Assembly: GCA_002104905.1 (NCBI GenBank)
Contig: MCFE01000601.1
Location: forward strand, 1-54,438
Direction: 5' to 3'
Length of the DNA stretch: 54,438 bases
From: Basidiobolus meristosporus CBS 931.73
Lineage: Eukaryota > Fungi > Basidiobolomycota
This document shows, in pieces, positions 21,635-33,642 of the stretch. A program made the translations under genes and the position numbers. The stretch's first letter is position 1. Each line of letters opens with the position of its first letter. A model generated the notes under the pieces. The model saw nothing but the letters and a program-made list of their open reading frames with translations. It had not been told where the DNA came from and made no database searches.

Positions 21635-22710
21635 ATGAATACCTTGCTTGGCGTTAGGCTCGATATCCGGTTGTCCCAAAATACCCTGATCCTTCTTGGT
21701 TCGCGTAACGAGTCCGCGGGCTCCGTGTTGCACGGTGTGGTACACCTGAACCTTAAGCGCGAGACTTGCATCGATTTCGTGTCATTGAAGCTAAGGGGAA
21801 GGCGGAGACATTCTGGCCAAGCGGTAAGTTGGTACTTGTCCCCCTTTCATGATCCCAGTCTCTTATCGGCCCCACCCATCTAGCATTCGTGGCGAACCCC
21901 CTGGCCAACTACGAACGTCAGAACCTCGTCCTCTACACCTGGGACCTGCTGCCGGCGAAAGATGGCCCCTTCACCTTACCTCCTGGAGAGCACCAGTATC
22001 CGTTTGAGTTTGTCTTCAACGGATTCCTCCCCGAGTCAGTTCAGATCAAAAACGGCCAAGTGAAGTACAAACTGGTCGCAGCCTTGGGTCGCGGCTTGCT
22101 GAAGCCGAATCTCATCTGTGAGAGGGAGCTGAAGGTGCGTCGCTTTGCGCAGCCAAGCGTGTTCGACACCACTTATCCGATTGTCGACACGTGGGAGAAC
22201 ATGCTGGACTACACCATCTTCATCTCCCACCAGGTGATTTCCCTATTCGATTCGCTCTCCGTCTTCCTGACCTTTCTACCGAAAAACCCGGAGGTGCGGG
22301 TCAAGGGGATCACCTTCGAATTGATGGAAAATCTCACCTTGAGACAGACCAAGAGCGGGAAAAGTCAGGTGGACACCCGATGGTACACCCTGAATTCCAA
22401 GCTCGAGGAGACTCGTATCTCCTATAGTCGCAGTTACGCCGTCACCTTCCCTCCGACCGAGAAGATCCACTTCGATTGTAGCACCGAGCTGATCGAAATC
22501 TCCCACAAATTGCAGGCCCGGGTGACGTTTTCCGCTGGAAAGACCGTCAACGCCATTGTCATCAAAGTCCCGTTGAGTATCATGGCCGCCTCGCTGGAAA
22601 CCATGAGCGAGAACCCCCCGCGCTACGACCAGATCCCTCTCCCGGCATCGTGCCATTCAGAGCTTTTGCCGGTCCACTTCTCCGATCCACTGCCGCCGCC
22701 CTATCATTAG
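21635..22710 (+). CDS. Alpha-arrestin (ART-like) with PPxY motifs; apparent 1-nt deletion at ~21795
   Basis: LDIRLSQNTLILLGS..ESAGSVLHGVVHL, LPPGEHQYPFEFVFNG.LPES, VKYKLVA, IEISHKLQ and C-terminal PPRY and PPPY. Intron 21824-21883. Confidence 0.88.
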
Positions 22711-22999
22711 CCACCTCACATTCACAATCGCTATCCCTATGTCCAACCATGCCCAACCATGACCAACCCCATCCCTATCATTGATCAGTCGAATCTGTTT
22801 TGTTCAAATTCCCTCCTATTTTGTACATATGCCAACCCTTCCCAATGAATAAACCGAACCATATCGATGTTAAGCTTTCTCGACGATCCCAATGGGATGG
22901 ATCGTTGCCGGGTCATTTATTGCCATACTGTACATGAGATTGAATGGGTGGGGGTGATGAGAAAGATGCGTGGAAAAGAGGTGGAGAAGCCTTGGTGGT

Positions 23000-24086
23000 T
23001 CAGTCCCCCGCCTTTCTGGGTCGGACGTCGTTTCGGATGGGGATCTTCAGGCCTTGTCTGGCAAACGCCTTGGAGAGCTCCGTGGATTCTGTGGAGGGCC
23101 AAGTCAGTCGGGGGTCCGTTGATACGATCGAGTCGAGAAACATACCTGTCATCCCCGGGAACTTCTTCGCCGAGTAGACTGTGAAAGGTTCCGAGAATGT
23201 CTGCGAGATAATGTCGGATTTGGCCTCGGAGAGGCAGTCATCCCTACACAGGGGTTGGTCGACGGTTAGTACCCAAACGAGCTAACACCGACGCCTCAAA
23301 ACTTACCCTCCCAGCTTCATCAGTGAGAACTTCAAACAGTACCTGCCCTCGGTCCGGATCGAGAGGTCGGGGAAGCAGAAGTAGCAGCCTTGCTCCCCGT
23401 CCGGATTTTTCAGGATGTTGGGCGAGGACACCAAGGATCCCATCAAGACCCGGGTGGACTTGGGGGGATTGCTGATGATGTTTCTTTCCTCCAGTCCATC
23501 TTCCGACCAGAGTGTGACATGAAGAACGAAGAATGGGTTCTGCAGGACGCTGAAATCAACGGCGTGATGCCGGTTAGTCGGTTGGCGTTTCGAGGGGGGG
23601 GGGAGATCAACGAAAACTCTTACCTCGCGTCCACTCTGCCTTGTTGGTCCTTGGCGATTAGCTGGATGATTGGGGGTGGGTCAATCGGACGGCGATCTTT
23701 TTCCCCGAAGCCGCACATGCGAGCGTGCAAAGGTTGTTGGCATACTTGAAGCTCATATGTTCTATTGAAAATGAAATAGAGAGGTGTGGGTTAGGTCAGA
23801 AACGACTGGAGATCACGAAAGGGTAGGTTCGCGTGGGGACTGACCTTGGGTCGAAGGCCGCGGTTTGCCCATTGTTGTGGGCGTGTTTAGGAGCATAGTC
23901 TGCACATGACCCGTTGTACTGTCCGTTCTGGTACCCGAAAGAAGAGTAGCCGGTTGAAGCTGGGGCGTCGCGAGGAAATTCACCTGGAGGGGCGACCAGG
24001 TTGGGTTCAACCTTGTGTACCTGTACTTCCGGTAGGTTCGGGTAGGTTTGAGTTTGAGTTTGGCTGGGCTGACCCAGGTATTCCAT
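23000..24086 (-). CDS. Velvet-domain transcription factor, 269 aa, 5 exons (not recovered by the ORF track)
   Basis: Exons 24086-23845, 23761-23624, 23549-23307, 23243-23146 and 23088-23000 sum to 810 nt. They read [103 protein letters not shown]. Confidence 0.95.
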
Positions 24087-25208
24087 GTTGGAGAGATATG
24101 GGTGTGGTAAGTAGAGGAAGGATAACTGGGCCTCGAGAGGTTCTCCTGGGAATCAAGTTAAGAAAGGTTACAAACCACCAACCGAGCAAACCTCTGCGCT
24201 TTTACCCCCTCCCGTTGGTCCCGCGAAGGAGACAGGTGATTGGATTGACCAACGGGGTCAGGAACGCCAAATCACTGCTAAAACCGTTGGATATTGAAGT
24301 TGATTGATTGACAGTGAGCACCTCCAAGCAATGGGAATTTAGACTTATTTGGATGTCCAGGTGTGCGATGCCCTTCACGTGAGTTTGCTGGTGACAAAAG
24401 TCACGGTCGATGGCCCACTTCAATTGAGTCCGATAATGCTGCCATATAGGGCACTCACTTACCTAATGACTTCGGCTTCGTTGGGTTTTCCATACCCAAT
24501 CTATATCGCGATGGGGGGGGGGTGGCTGTGCTCGTCTAAAGGCGACTTCATTTGTTTCTGAGGAAAGGCATTCTAGAATGGTGAATTGTCGACTCGGATG
24601 CAATTTATAAACTAATCGGTCTAACAAATGATTGTTGTAGATGGCAATTTGGTTTGTGGCATGCATAGATTATGCGGAAGTGGCGAAGTGAGGTTAGGGT
24701 TAGGGTTGGGACTGGGGAAGGTCAGCTGATCACGGGTGAACAAGCGTCAGGGTATTTGGTGGTCATTTTGGAAGTCGATTTGGTTGATGGGAGGTGAGCC
24801 TGGACTGGCACCTTATGAGCGAGAATTCGATGCGGTTTCCTGATATCTAGTTCGACCAAGTGAAGCTCGATGAAATCGATTTCGGCACGAGATGCATGGA
24901 ATTGCTACATGGGCCAAATGACCGCCTTCCAAAACTGGTCTAGACACGATCATTCATTGAGTAATATGGCACACGGTGCAAGGGGATCCATATGACTGGA
25001 GTAGAGTGATCACAACTTGAAATCCTCCCCAAGGCAAGGATGATGTACGGATGACGCCCGACCGTCCCATAAATAGACCCTACCTTGCAGTAGATCTCGC
25101 AAGTCCCTTACTTTGCATCCCTATTCCAACCTCTTCATTCATTTCGACTTTCCTTGTCGCAGCTTGTCTTCCCGTATCCTTAATCCCTGCTATCCCACCC
25201 TAGACATT

Positions 25209-26195
25209 ATGGAGGTTCATGTGTTGAGCCCTACACTCCCGACCTTGTTCCCCTTCGAATCAAACCCGCATAGCAACTTGCCGTTCAGCAAAGCCAACCG
25301 GGTCCGCACTAGTGTTGGAGTGATGGAGCGGCTCTCGGAGGAGCTTATGGAGGATCTATTTGATGGTGCCACCCGAACACATACCCCGGAGACCGTCCCG
25401 TCGCAATTCCCACGGTCTTTGGAGCAAAAGCTTTTGGACGAGGTCTTGGAGTTATCTACCCTCCATCCCAAATCCCGCACCTTTCGACAGCCATCATGTA
25501 TGCCAGAGAAGACAGACTCTATCGTGACCATTCTGCACGAGATCCACCCTGAAAGCCCCCTCGACGCAACCCCGATGGATCGTTCCCCAGTCGTTACTTC
25601 TGCCACTCTTGTTTCTGACCCCGAGCCCGTTCCCGCCATGATGCACTTTTCCCCCGCCACCAATGCTGGCCAGCAACCCTCGCATCATACCGAAACGCCC
25701 CAATCGAAGATCTCCATAGATTGCCCGCCAAGTCACCAGGATCAACCGGCGACCCACATTATTATCGACAAAGCCTCCATACCCGGGATCCATCTTGCCC
25801 CCTCCGCCTTCATCAACAACTCTTACCTATCCGAGCCCAATGAAAAGCCAAGTCAGCTTAAATCCAAGCAACCAATGTACCCAACCGTACACGCCACCCC
25901 CTCACATCCCACCCAGCAAACCCGACGACGTCACTCCCACGAGGCGCGTAAGCCGACCCCTTCCGGGACGAAGGATATTCTTGGTGGACGGGCCAAAAGC
26001 AACAGTTTCCACGAGAACCTGCCCGTCTCCAAGCCTGCCTCCACCCCCATCGTCAGTCCCAATCCGTTTGTCGCCTTCGGAGAGATGCTCGGCGGCGGTG
26101 TGAAGTACGGCTTCGGCAAATTACTCCACAAGAAGCAATGGCAGGAGGAAGGGAGGTCGCAGTACCAGCAGGCCCGAAGTGTGCGGTTGGGCTGA
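25209..26195 (+). CDS. Hypothetical Pro/Ser/Thr-rich, probably disordered protein (~328 aa)
   Basis: Long single-exon ORF in CpG-rich island DNA, with a TATA-like ATAAATA at ~25069 and first ATG at 25209. No domain recognised. Confidence 0.6.
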   Translation: MEVHVLSPTLPTLFPFESNPHSNLPFSKANRVRTSVGVMERLSEELMEDLFDGATRTHTPETVPSQFPRSLEQKLLDEVLELSTLHPKSRTFRQPSCMPEKTDSIVTILHEIHPESPLDATPMDRSPVVTSATLVSDPEPVPAMMHFSPATNAGQQPSHHTETPQSKISIDCPPSHQDQPATHIIIDKASIPGIHLAPSAFINNSYLSEPNEKPSQLKSKQPMYPTVHATPSHPTQQTRRRHSHEARKPTPSGTKDILGGRAKSNSFHENLPVSKPASTPIVSPNPFVAFGEMLGGGVKYGFGKLLHKKQWQEEGRSQYQQARSVRLG

Positions 26196-27368
26196 AGAAT
26201 CGGATGGAGATTCTCCCCACTTCATTGCTACTCTCACCTCCACTCCCATCCATTCTTCCTGGTATTCACATAATCCCTTCTCACTTACACTTGTGCCGAA
26301 CCCCTCCCCGCACTCCCTGTAGATATCATGTAATAAAGGTCCATTCTTACGAACCCAACCACTTGTCGTGCGCCCCTGTCTACACAACGGGTCGTAGCAT
26401 GAGGAGAAGATGCTTGAGGTTAGCGTGGGACCCGCACCTCCTTAAGGCCATCCGAACGTCGTAATATACACAGGCCAGGTCAACCTTGTGTAACCTGGCA
26501 GGGATAACAGATCCCCCATCATAGGTGGCTTAGTCGGCCTCAACCACCGGGATCTCCGCTATAATAACATAGGCGTCGCTGGTCAAAGCATGTAAAATAT
26601 GGCCTGCCTTTAGGTAGGTTCCGACAGTCACCGAACAAACCCTTCATACCGTGAGATACGTGAATTACTTACGGGCCAATATGCCCTCAGCAGCATCCAG
26701 ACGATCCGACCCGGCTCGAAAGAAGGATGGGTATGGCCCGGGGATCTACCGAACATTTCTGACCACCCCTCCTTGTCAAGTGACCCATGAGCCGGATTCC
26801 ATGTCTCCGAGTATCTTGAAAAATCACCCCCTCCCACCGTTTCCATGCTCCTTGAACTTGTTGTGCCCTGGTACTAGATACAAAGGGTTGCGCATGGATA
26901 GGGTACCCGATTGAAATGGCCCGAAAATGTTGGCCTAATCAATAGCATCCGTAGAATCCAAAAACTTCCAATGGATCACCTAACTGCATTACCTGATTCT
27001 ACCAGGGGCACTCTGCCTTGTTCGGATGAAAAACCTCCCTCGCCTCTACCCAGATTACCTTTGGGTACGCAACCACCGGCAGCAATTGACACACCGTTGA
27101 CACCTCACATCGCGGCTCTCTGAGCACCACTTTCATGGCGACCAAATGCTTTGCCTAGCAGTTGATATATACGTCATCCAAATATGCGCTTGGTTGCGGT
27201 CACCCCAACCGTGGCCAACCCTTGGATTTTGCCAGGTCGCCTATTTTTATTTGGCCACTTTTCCTGGCAGGCTTCAAATCCTTCACCTTGCCTTGATGCC
27301 CTCCTTCTTCCTGTGAGCTCTAGACCAATGATGCCGGTATATCAGTGTGGAACTGCTGATACATAATG

Positions 27369-27687
27369 TGTTGGGAGTCTTGGAGATATTGGAAGTTACT
27401 GTGAGCACAGGTTGGACTATCTGGTTTTCACTTGACTATTGGCTGAATGGAAAAGTGGCGTCCAGATTTTTGCAGGATCCTGGTGAGATGAATGCACGCA
27501 ATATGCTTTGGAAGGTCCCAAATGCATGTTCACAAAGTCCGGGTGCTCTTGGGCACCTTGGGGAATCTTACTAATCCAAGTAAATCCTGGCAATGGGTCT
27601 GAGCAAGAAACTGCAAGGTTCCTAAACTAGGATTTAAGCAGCTAACCCTCAGAAAAAAACAAACTAGAGGCCAGCTGAATACCAACA
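27369..27687 (-). repeat. Diverged solo LTR related to the Copia family
   Basis: TGTTGGGAGTCTTGGAGATATTGGAAG..GGTTTTCACTT..GGAAGGTCCCAAATGCATG..CCAAGTAAATCC..CCAACA parallels the LTR at 29063-29411. No TSD seen. Confidence 0.6.
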
Positions 27688-28079
27688 TAGTATCAGCCAA
27701 ATTCCAAGTTTCCCTGAACTTACAGCTCTCAGTATCTCAGACACTTGCTATTAGTCAGACAAGCAGCAATATCTTCCCAAACCAGACTAGCCTGACTAGC
27801 ATACACACCAAGCTAGGTGATCAGCTATTCACCACTTCCATGAATAATCACAACTAAATGTTTGAAGGAAACTCACCAGCTCCATGAAAAATACAGTGGT
27901 CCTGCAGTTGGACCCAATCTAGATTGGTTGTCATGATCCCAAGTAGAGACTGTTAAAATACCAGCTGCTTGGAATTCTTGTTGTATCCAAGAGAGAAGTG
28001 TAATAACACTCTTGAGTGGTTTAACTGAACCAAAGGGACAATGAAGTGCAGAATATTGGAATTGTCAGAGAGTGGTGAA

Positions 28080-28690
28080 AAAATTTACCTCCCCTTGTGC
28101 CATTCAAACTTCCGCAGTAGAATCACCCCTCTATATATGCATACCCACTACTACCTTGGGCATTACACATACAGTCTGAATCAAAAAGCTATGGCCTCCT
28201 GCTAACTAACCTCTATACATATGCACACCTGCTGCAATTGACAAACTTATATCACATTGACTATACTACTTTTTAGTTTTATACATGTGAAGTTGCCATA
28301 TACCTTGTAGTGCTGGTAGCATATACATCTTGCAAACAAATCCTTGGTTACCACCACTTTTTCCATGAATATCTCCCAAATATCTGCAAAGAACTTTTTG
28401 GTATTTAGCCAAAATATTCCTTCTCCCTACTTGAATCTAGTCCCCTTTATAGGTGTGCTCTGGCTCTTGTTTGTGTGAAGTTCATATTGAATGGTGTGGA
28501 AACTAGCATGTAACCAAGAGAAACCTGGCATACTTTGATAAAGTGGACCCAATAAAAACTAGTTGCTTGTTGTGCCCAACCCAACTTTGCATTACTAAAC
28601 TAATTACCCACTTGGTAGGGCTGCTTAGATGCTCAATTATGTGAATGTAGCAAATGCATACCTCAAATGGAAGACCAGCAAATGATTGTT
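28080..28690. repeat. Unclassified dispersed repeat, copy 1
   Basis: Reverse complement aligns by eye with 31240-31800 (shared blocks include TACCTCCCCTTGTGC, CCCACTACTACCTTGGG, AGTTGCCATATACCTTG and CCCAACCCAACTTTGCATTACT). Confidence 0.8.
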
Positions 28691-29062
28691 GCAACATCAC
28701 CACCACCAGTATCAGCAAGTAAGTTATCAGCTCATACCAAAGCATTAATGAAGCAATTAGGTGCAGTGGCTAGCAGGATGAATATAATGGCCCAGAGAAA
28801 TCTGGAAATTGTCAAGTGACAGGATGAGTGACAATAACTGGCAAATGAAGTGCTAGACATTGCGGAACCAGCTAAAGACTAGGATATATTGGAACCAGTA
28901 AATAAATAATGGCATAAAGCCAGGTGGTTCCTACCAGAGTCATGGAAAAAGGCATTACAGCAGGATCAAGTATCAATTGGTATATTTCAGTTGAGTTACT
29001 ATTTGAGTGTGGGGCTGGGCTTAACATTAGTGTTGGGTATAGGGGCTTATATAGGCCAGTAC

Positions 29063-32000
29063 TGTTGTAAGAGTCTTGGAGATATTGGAAGTGGCTGGGA
29101 GAACAAGTAGATCTTGTGGTTTTCACTTAATAACTTATTGAATGTAAGAGTAGTGTTTATACTTTTACATGGTATTGGCATGACAGGCACATAGAATGGG
29201 CTTAGAAAGGTCCCAAGAGCATATATACAAAGCTTAGGGCTGTTTGGACAACTTTGAGAATCCTCATGTTCTGGGTACCTGGTATTTTGGTGAAAATATT
29301 CCAAGTAAATCCCAACAAGGAATTTGGTCAGTATTCTCTAGGATTTGAAGGTAATGATCTAGGTGACTAAGTTAGGTGAATATTTAGGTGGAATTACAAA
29401 CTTTTACAACACTCCCACTTAGCCAAATGTCATACTGACTAGTCCTTATTTTGACCTAAGATATTCAAACATGTCTCTAGCCAATGATTTGGTGAATATG
29501 TCTGCAATCTTTTCATCTGAAGGAGAGTAAGCTAAATTAGCCAAGTTATTCTCTATAGCTTCATGTATGAAATGGTGTCTAATATCTATGTGCTTAGTTC
29601 TAGCATAAAAGTTGGATTTCTACTTAATTGTATACATCCATGATTATCACAAAATAAAGTAATGGCATTTTTTGACATAAGCCTAAGTCTTTGAAAAGCT
29701 TCTTCAACCACATTGCTTCTTTTGTAGCTTCACAAGCTGCCGTATATTCTGCCTCTGTGCTAGAAAATGCTATGGTTGGTTGCTCTCTTGAATCCCATGA
29801 AGTTGCTCCTTGACAGTAAAGAAAGGTGTATCCTGCGATGGATCCTTTGTCTTCCAAATGTTTTCCCCAATCAGCACCAGTGTATCCCACAAGATCCTGT
29901 TCTGAATCCTTATAAGTGTATCTTAAGCAGATATCAGCAGTTCCTTTTAGGTATCTAAAAATCTGCTTAACTACTGCAATTTGATCAGATCTATAATTTT
30001 GATTATGTTGGCTGACAACTCCCACTGAATATGAGATATCTGGACATGTACCAAGCATGATATATATCAGACTGCAAACCATAGATTGATCAGGAAAGTT
30101 GGGGCTTTCAAATGGCACAAAGCTCTCTTGATTTGGTTGCATTTTGACCAAGTTAAGGTTTGTCTCCATTGGGGTAGCTGCTGGTTTACAGTCTTCCACT
30201 TGGTACTTCTTTAGTCAATCTTGAATATACTTGGGTTGGCTCAGGGTAATAGTCTGGGTACTTCTTTCTATGGAGAACTCAATCCCTAAGTAGTAACTGA
30301 GTTCTCCCGGATTGGACATCTTGAACTCTGTAGATAGGCTAGATTTAGTCTCTTCCAATGTTTCTAGGTTATTGGCAGCTATATTAAGATCATCCATATA
30401 TAGAGCTAATAGAGCTGGATTTGCTCTATCTCGCATAGAGTATATATAATAGTCAGCATTACTTCTTTTGAAACTTGAAGATTCCAAATACAAATCTATT
30501 TTGCAATACCAGGCACTTGGAGATTGTTTGAGTCCATAAAGAGGCTATTTAAGCTTGCAGACCAAATGGGGATTATCTTAGTCTACAAACACATCAGGCT
30601 GGTCTATATACATGTCCTCATCAAGCTCTCCATTCAAAAATGCAGTTTTTACACCCATTTGATGTATCAAAAGCTTATATTTGGCTGCAAATGCAAATAT
30701 TAATCTGATGGAATCAAACTTGGCTACCAGTGCAAAAGTTGCAGTATAGTGAAGTCCTTTTGTTGCCAAGTATCCTTTGGCCACAAGTCTTGCTTTGTAT
30801 TTTTCAGTTGTACCTTCAGCCTTGTATTTTGTCTCAAGGGCCCATCTCCATCCAATTAATTTTTGGTTGGTTAGTAATTTGACCAAGTCCTAAGTTTGAT
30901 TTTCCATTAGGGCCTGATATTCCACAGTCATTGCAGATCTCCAAAACTTTGACCAGGGACTACTTACAGCCTCTCTTACAGTCTGAGGCTCATCAATATG
31001 GATTGAATAGGCATAGGCTAAGTTTGTACCTTCATTATATAATAATATAGTTACCTATGGAGTGGATGTGTGAGGAGATAGGAAGACAAGTCATGTTGCA
31101 GGTACTACCATATCCCAATCTCATCAAGAATATTACTTTCAAGTCCATCATGAATGTGATCAGTTGGCACATGGAGGACAGCCAGAAAGAGTTGGAAAAT
31201 ACTGAGGACAAATGTGCACATGGGGACACCTATGCCCATGGTATTGAGGAGCTAAGCAGCCCCAATGCATGGGTAATCAGTTAAGTAATGCAAAGTTGGG
31301 TTGGGTGCAACAAGCAACTAATTTTTATAAGGAAAACTCCACCAAGATATGCCGGATTTCTTGTGGTCACAAGCCAACTTCTACACCATTCAATACAGAA
31401 TTCAGACAAACAAAAGCCAGAGCGCACCTATAAGGGGGACTAGAATCCAGCAGGGAGAAGGAATATATTGGCTAAATACCAAGAAGTTCTTTGCCAATAT
31501 TCAGGAGGTATTCATGGCAGAAGTGGCAACAACCAAGCATATGTTTGCAAGATGTATATGCTACCAGCAGTACAAGGTATATGGCAACTTTGCAAGTATC
31601 ACACTAAAAAGCCGTAAAGTTGAGGTGATAGAAGTATGTCAATTGCGGCAGGTGTGTGTCTTTGTAGAGGTTAATAAGCAGGAGGCCATAGTTTTTTTCA
31701 TTTGAACTATATGTGAAGTACCCAAGGTAGTAGTGGGTAAGCAAATAAAGAAAGGTGATTCTACAGTAGAATATATGAATTGCACAAGGGGAGGTAGAAA
31801 AAGGAAATATCATTTGGTAAATTGGTATGGTAGCATTATACAGAACCAGCAGCAGGCCATCATATTGCCAAGTTTCTCTCTCCACCATGATTTGAGCTTG
31901 TTTCTGATATAAGCAGGCTTCACAGTGTGCCAAATTAGCTGGGGAAGCAATTTCTGCTCTGGAAATTAGCTGAGCTTTGATCATTTTGCGCAAGTGATCA

Positions 32001-33642
32001 AAATTGATGTGTGCAAATATCCTGTGCCAAAGCATTGGTGTTACTGCAATCAGTTACTTCCATTAGCTTCCAAATCTGATGGAATATAGGTCAACTTATT
32101 CATATTGTGATCGCTGATACCCAAAGCAATATGAACACCATCTTGATCAGTGATCTTGCATCCAGAATTGTCAAGTTAAAGCTGAGTCCTTCTGCTGTGG
32201 TCTTGCTTAAATATAGTAGGTTCTGGGCTATATCTTGTACATAGAGTACCTCTTTAAGGGTCAGTGCATGGCTTTCTTCACTGCTTCTTAGGTTTACTTG
32301 GATAGTTCCTTTTCTCACCACTTCAAGTGTTCCATTGTCACCCATGAAAACCTTCTTAATTGGAATATCTTGGTACTGGGAGAAAATTCCTTATTGGTGT
32401 GTAAAGTGTTGAGATGCTCCAGAGTCAATATATCACATCTGAGAATCCTTGTCTGCAGTCCTATTTAGCGCAGGTATGAATACTCTATCATCAGTTGTTG
32501 CAACATTTACATATTCAGGCCATTTCTGCTGACTATCTCACTCTTTGAAGCACTAGTCTGATGTGTGTCCTTTCCTTTTCAGTAGTTGCAAAACAGGTTG
32601 CTATTGCCTTTAAAGGGCCTTGGATATCTCCTTTGCTGGTTATCATTGCTTATTATTGCATTCTATTCTTTCTTCTTATTGGCCCTTGATTTTCTTAGTC
32701 CTGCATCCAGGAGCCTTCCATATATGTAATTTAAGGTTCAATATTCAGGTCTAGATTCTAGGGCTTATACAAGACCCTAAAACCTGTTGGTCAAGCTATC
32801 TGGAATGGTCACTACCACATCCTCCTCAGTAGTTAGTATGTACACATATTCCATTCTATCCACCATCAAGGTAATTCTGTTAATTAGATTTTTCATTTCT
32901 TCCTCTGGCAGCAGCTTTGTAGTAAAGAGTTTTTGTCTAAGATACATCTTCTTAGAAGCTGAACAAGACTGGTAGGTGTTTTCTAATGCCTTCCAGGCAT
33001 TCTTTGCCGTTTTTGCTTGTGAGCATTGAGTTAGCAATTTGTCTTTGACATTTAGGCAAGTGCAGTTGAAAGCACTTTGTTCTTTCTTCTGGAACTTTAA
33101 GGATTTCTCTCCTGCGTGTTTAGGAGGGCATTATTCTCCCATGAAAATATCCCAAAGGCCTCTTTCCTGTAGCAGCATCTCAATCTTGGCCTTCCACACT
33201 TGGTGGTTGGATCCATCCAACTTTTCAGCAGAGAGAAAGATTGCAGTGATAGCAGAAGTAGAGATTGCAAAGAGTGACAGCTAAAGGCTCATAACCTGTT
33301 GTAAGAGTCTTGAAGATATTGGAAATGATTGGGCGTACAAGTAGATTATGTGGTTTTCACTCAATTACTTATTGAATGTAAAAGTAGTGTTTATACTATT
33401 ACATGGCCTTGGCATAACAAACACATAGAATGGGCTTAGCAAGAGCCCAAAAACATGTATGCAAAGTTTGAGGCTCTTTGACTAACTTTGATAATCTTCA
33501 TGCTCTAAGCACCAGGTAGTTTGGTGAAAATATTCTAGGCAAATCCCAACAAGGAATTTGGTCAGTATTCTCTAGGATTTGAAGGTAATGATCTAAGTGA
33601 CTAAGTTAGGTGAATATTCATGTGGAAGTCTAAATCTTTACA
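29063..33642 (-). mobile_element. Degenerate Ty1/Copia retrotransposon (Copia-1) with integrase core replaced
   Basis: LTRs 29063-29411 and 33297-33642; PBS GGTTATGAGCC; PPT AAGTGGGAG; TSD AGTAC/GGTAC with one mismatch. Remnants of gag, protease (YIDSGASQH), GAG-pre-integrase (LWHR..HINF..CEAC), RT ([17 protein letters not shown]) and RNase H (STEAEY). Many stops and frameshifts. Confidence 0.93.
31050..31865. repeat. Foreign segment inside Copia-1 (unclassified repeat, copy 2)
   Basis: Similarity to Copia-2 stops after MVERET (~31870) and resumes at ~31045 (AACTTAGCCTATGCCTATTCA). The intervening DNA matches 28080-28690 in inverted orientation. Confidence 0.75.

Noticed and set aside
26500-26510. 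AGGGATAACAG, resembling the LSU rRNA / I-SceI core
   Set aside because: Only 11 nt match, with no flanking rRNA similarity, which is consistent with chance.
31095-31260. MLQV..TYAHGI as a LINE reverse-transcriptase QG..YADD remnant
   Set aside because: Key residues do not match, and the second copy at ~28.6 kb does not preserve the motif. Too weak without a profile search.
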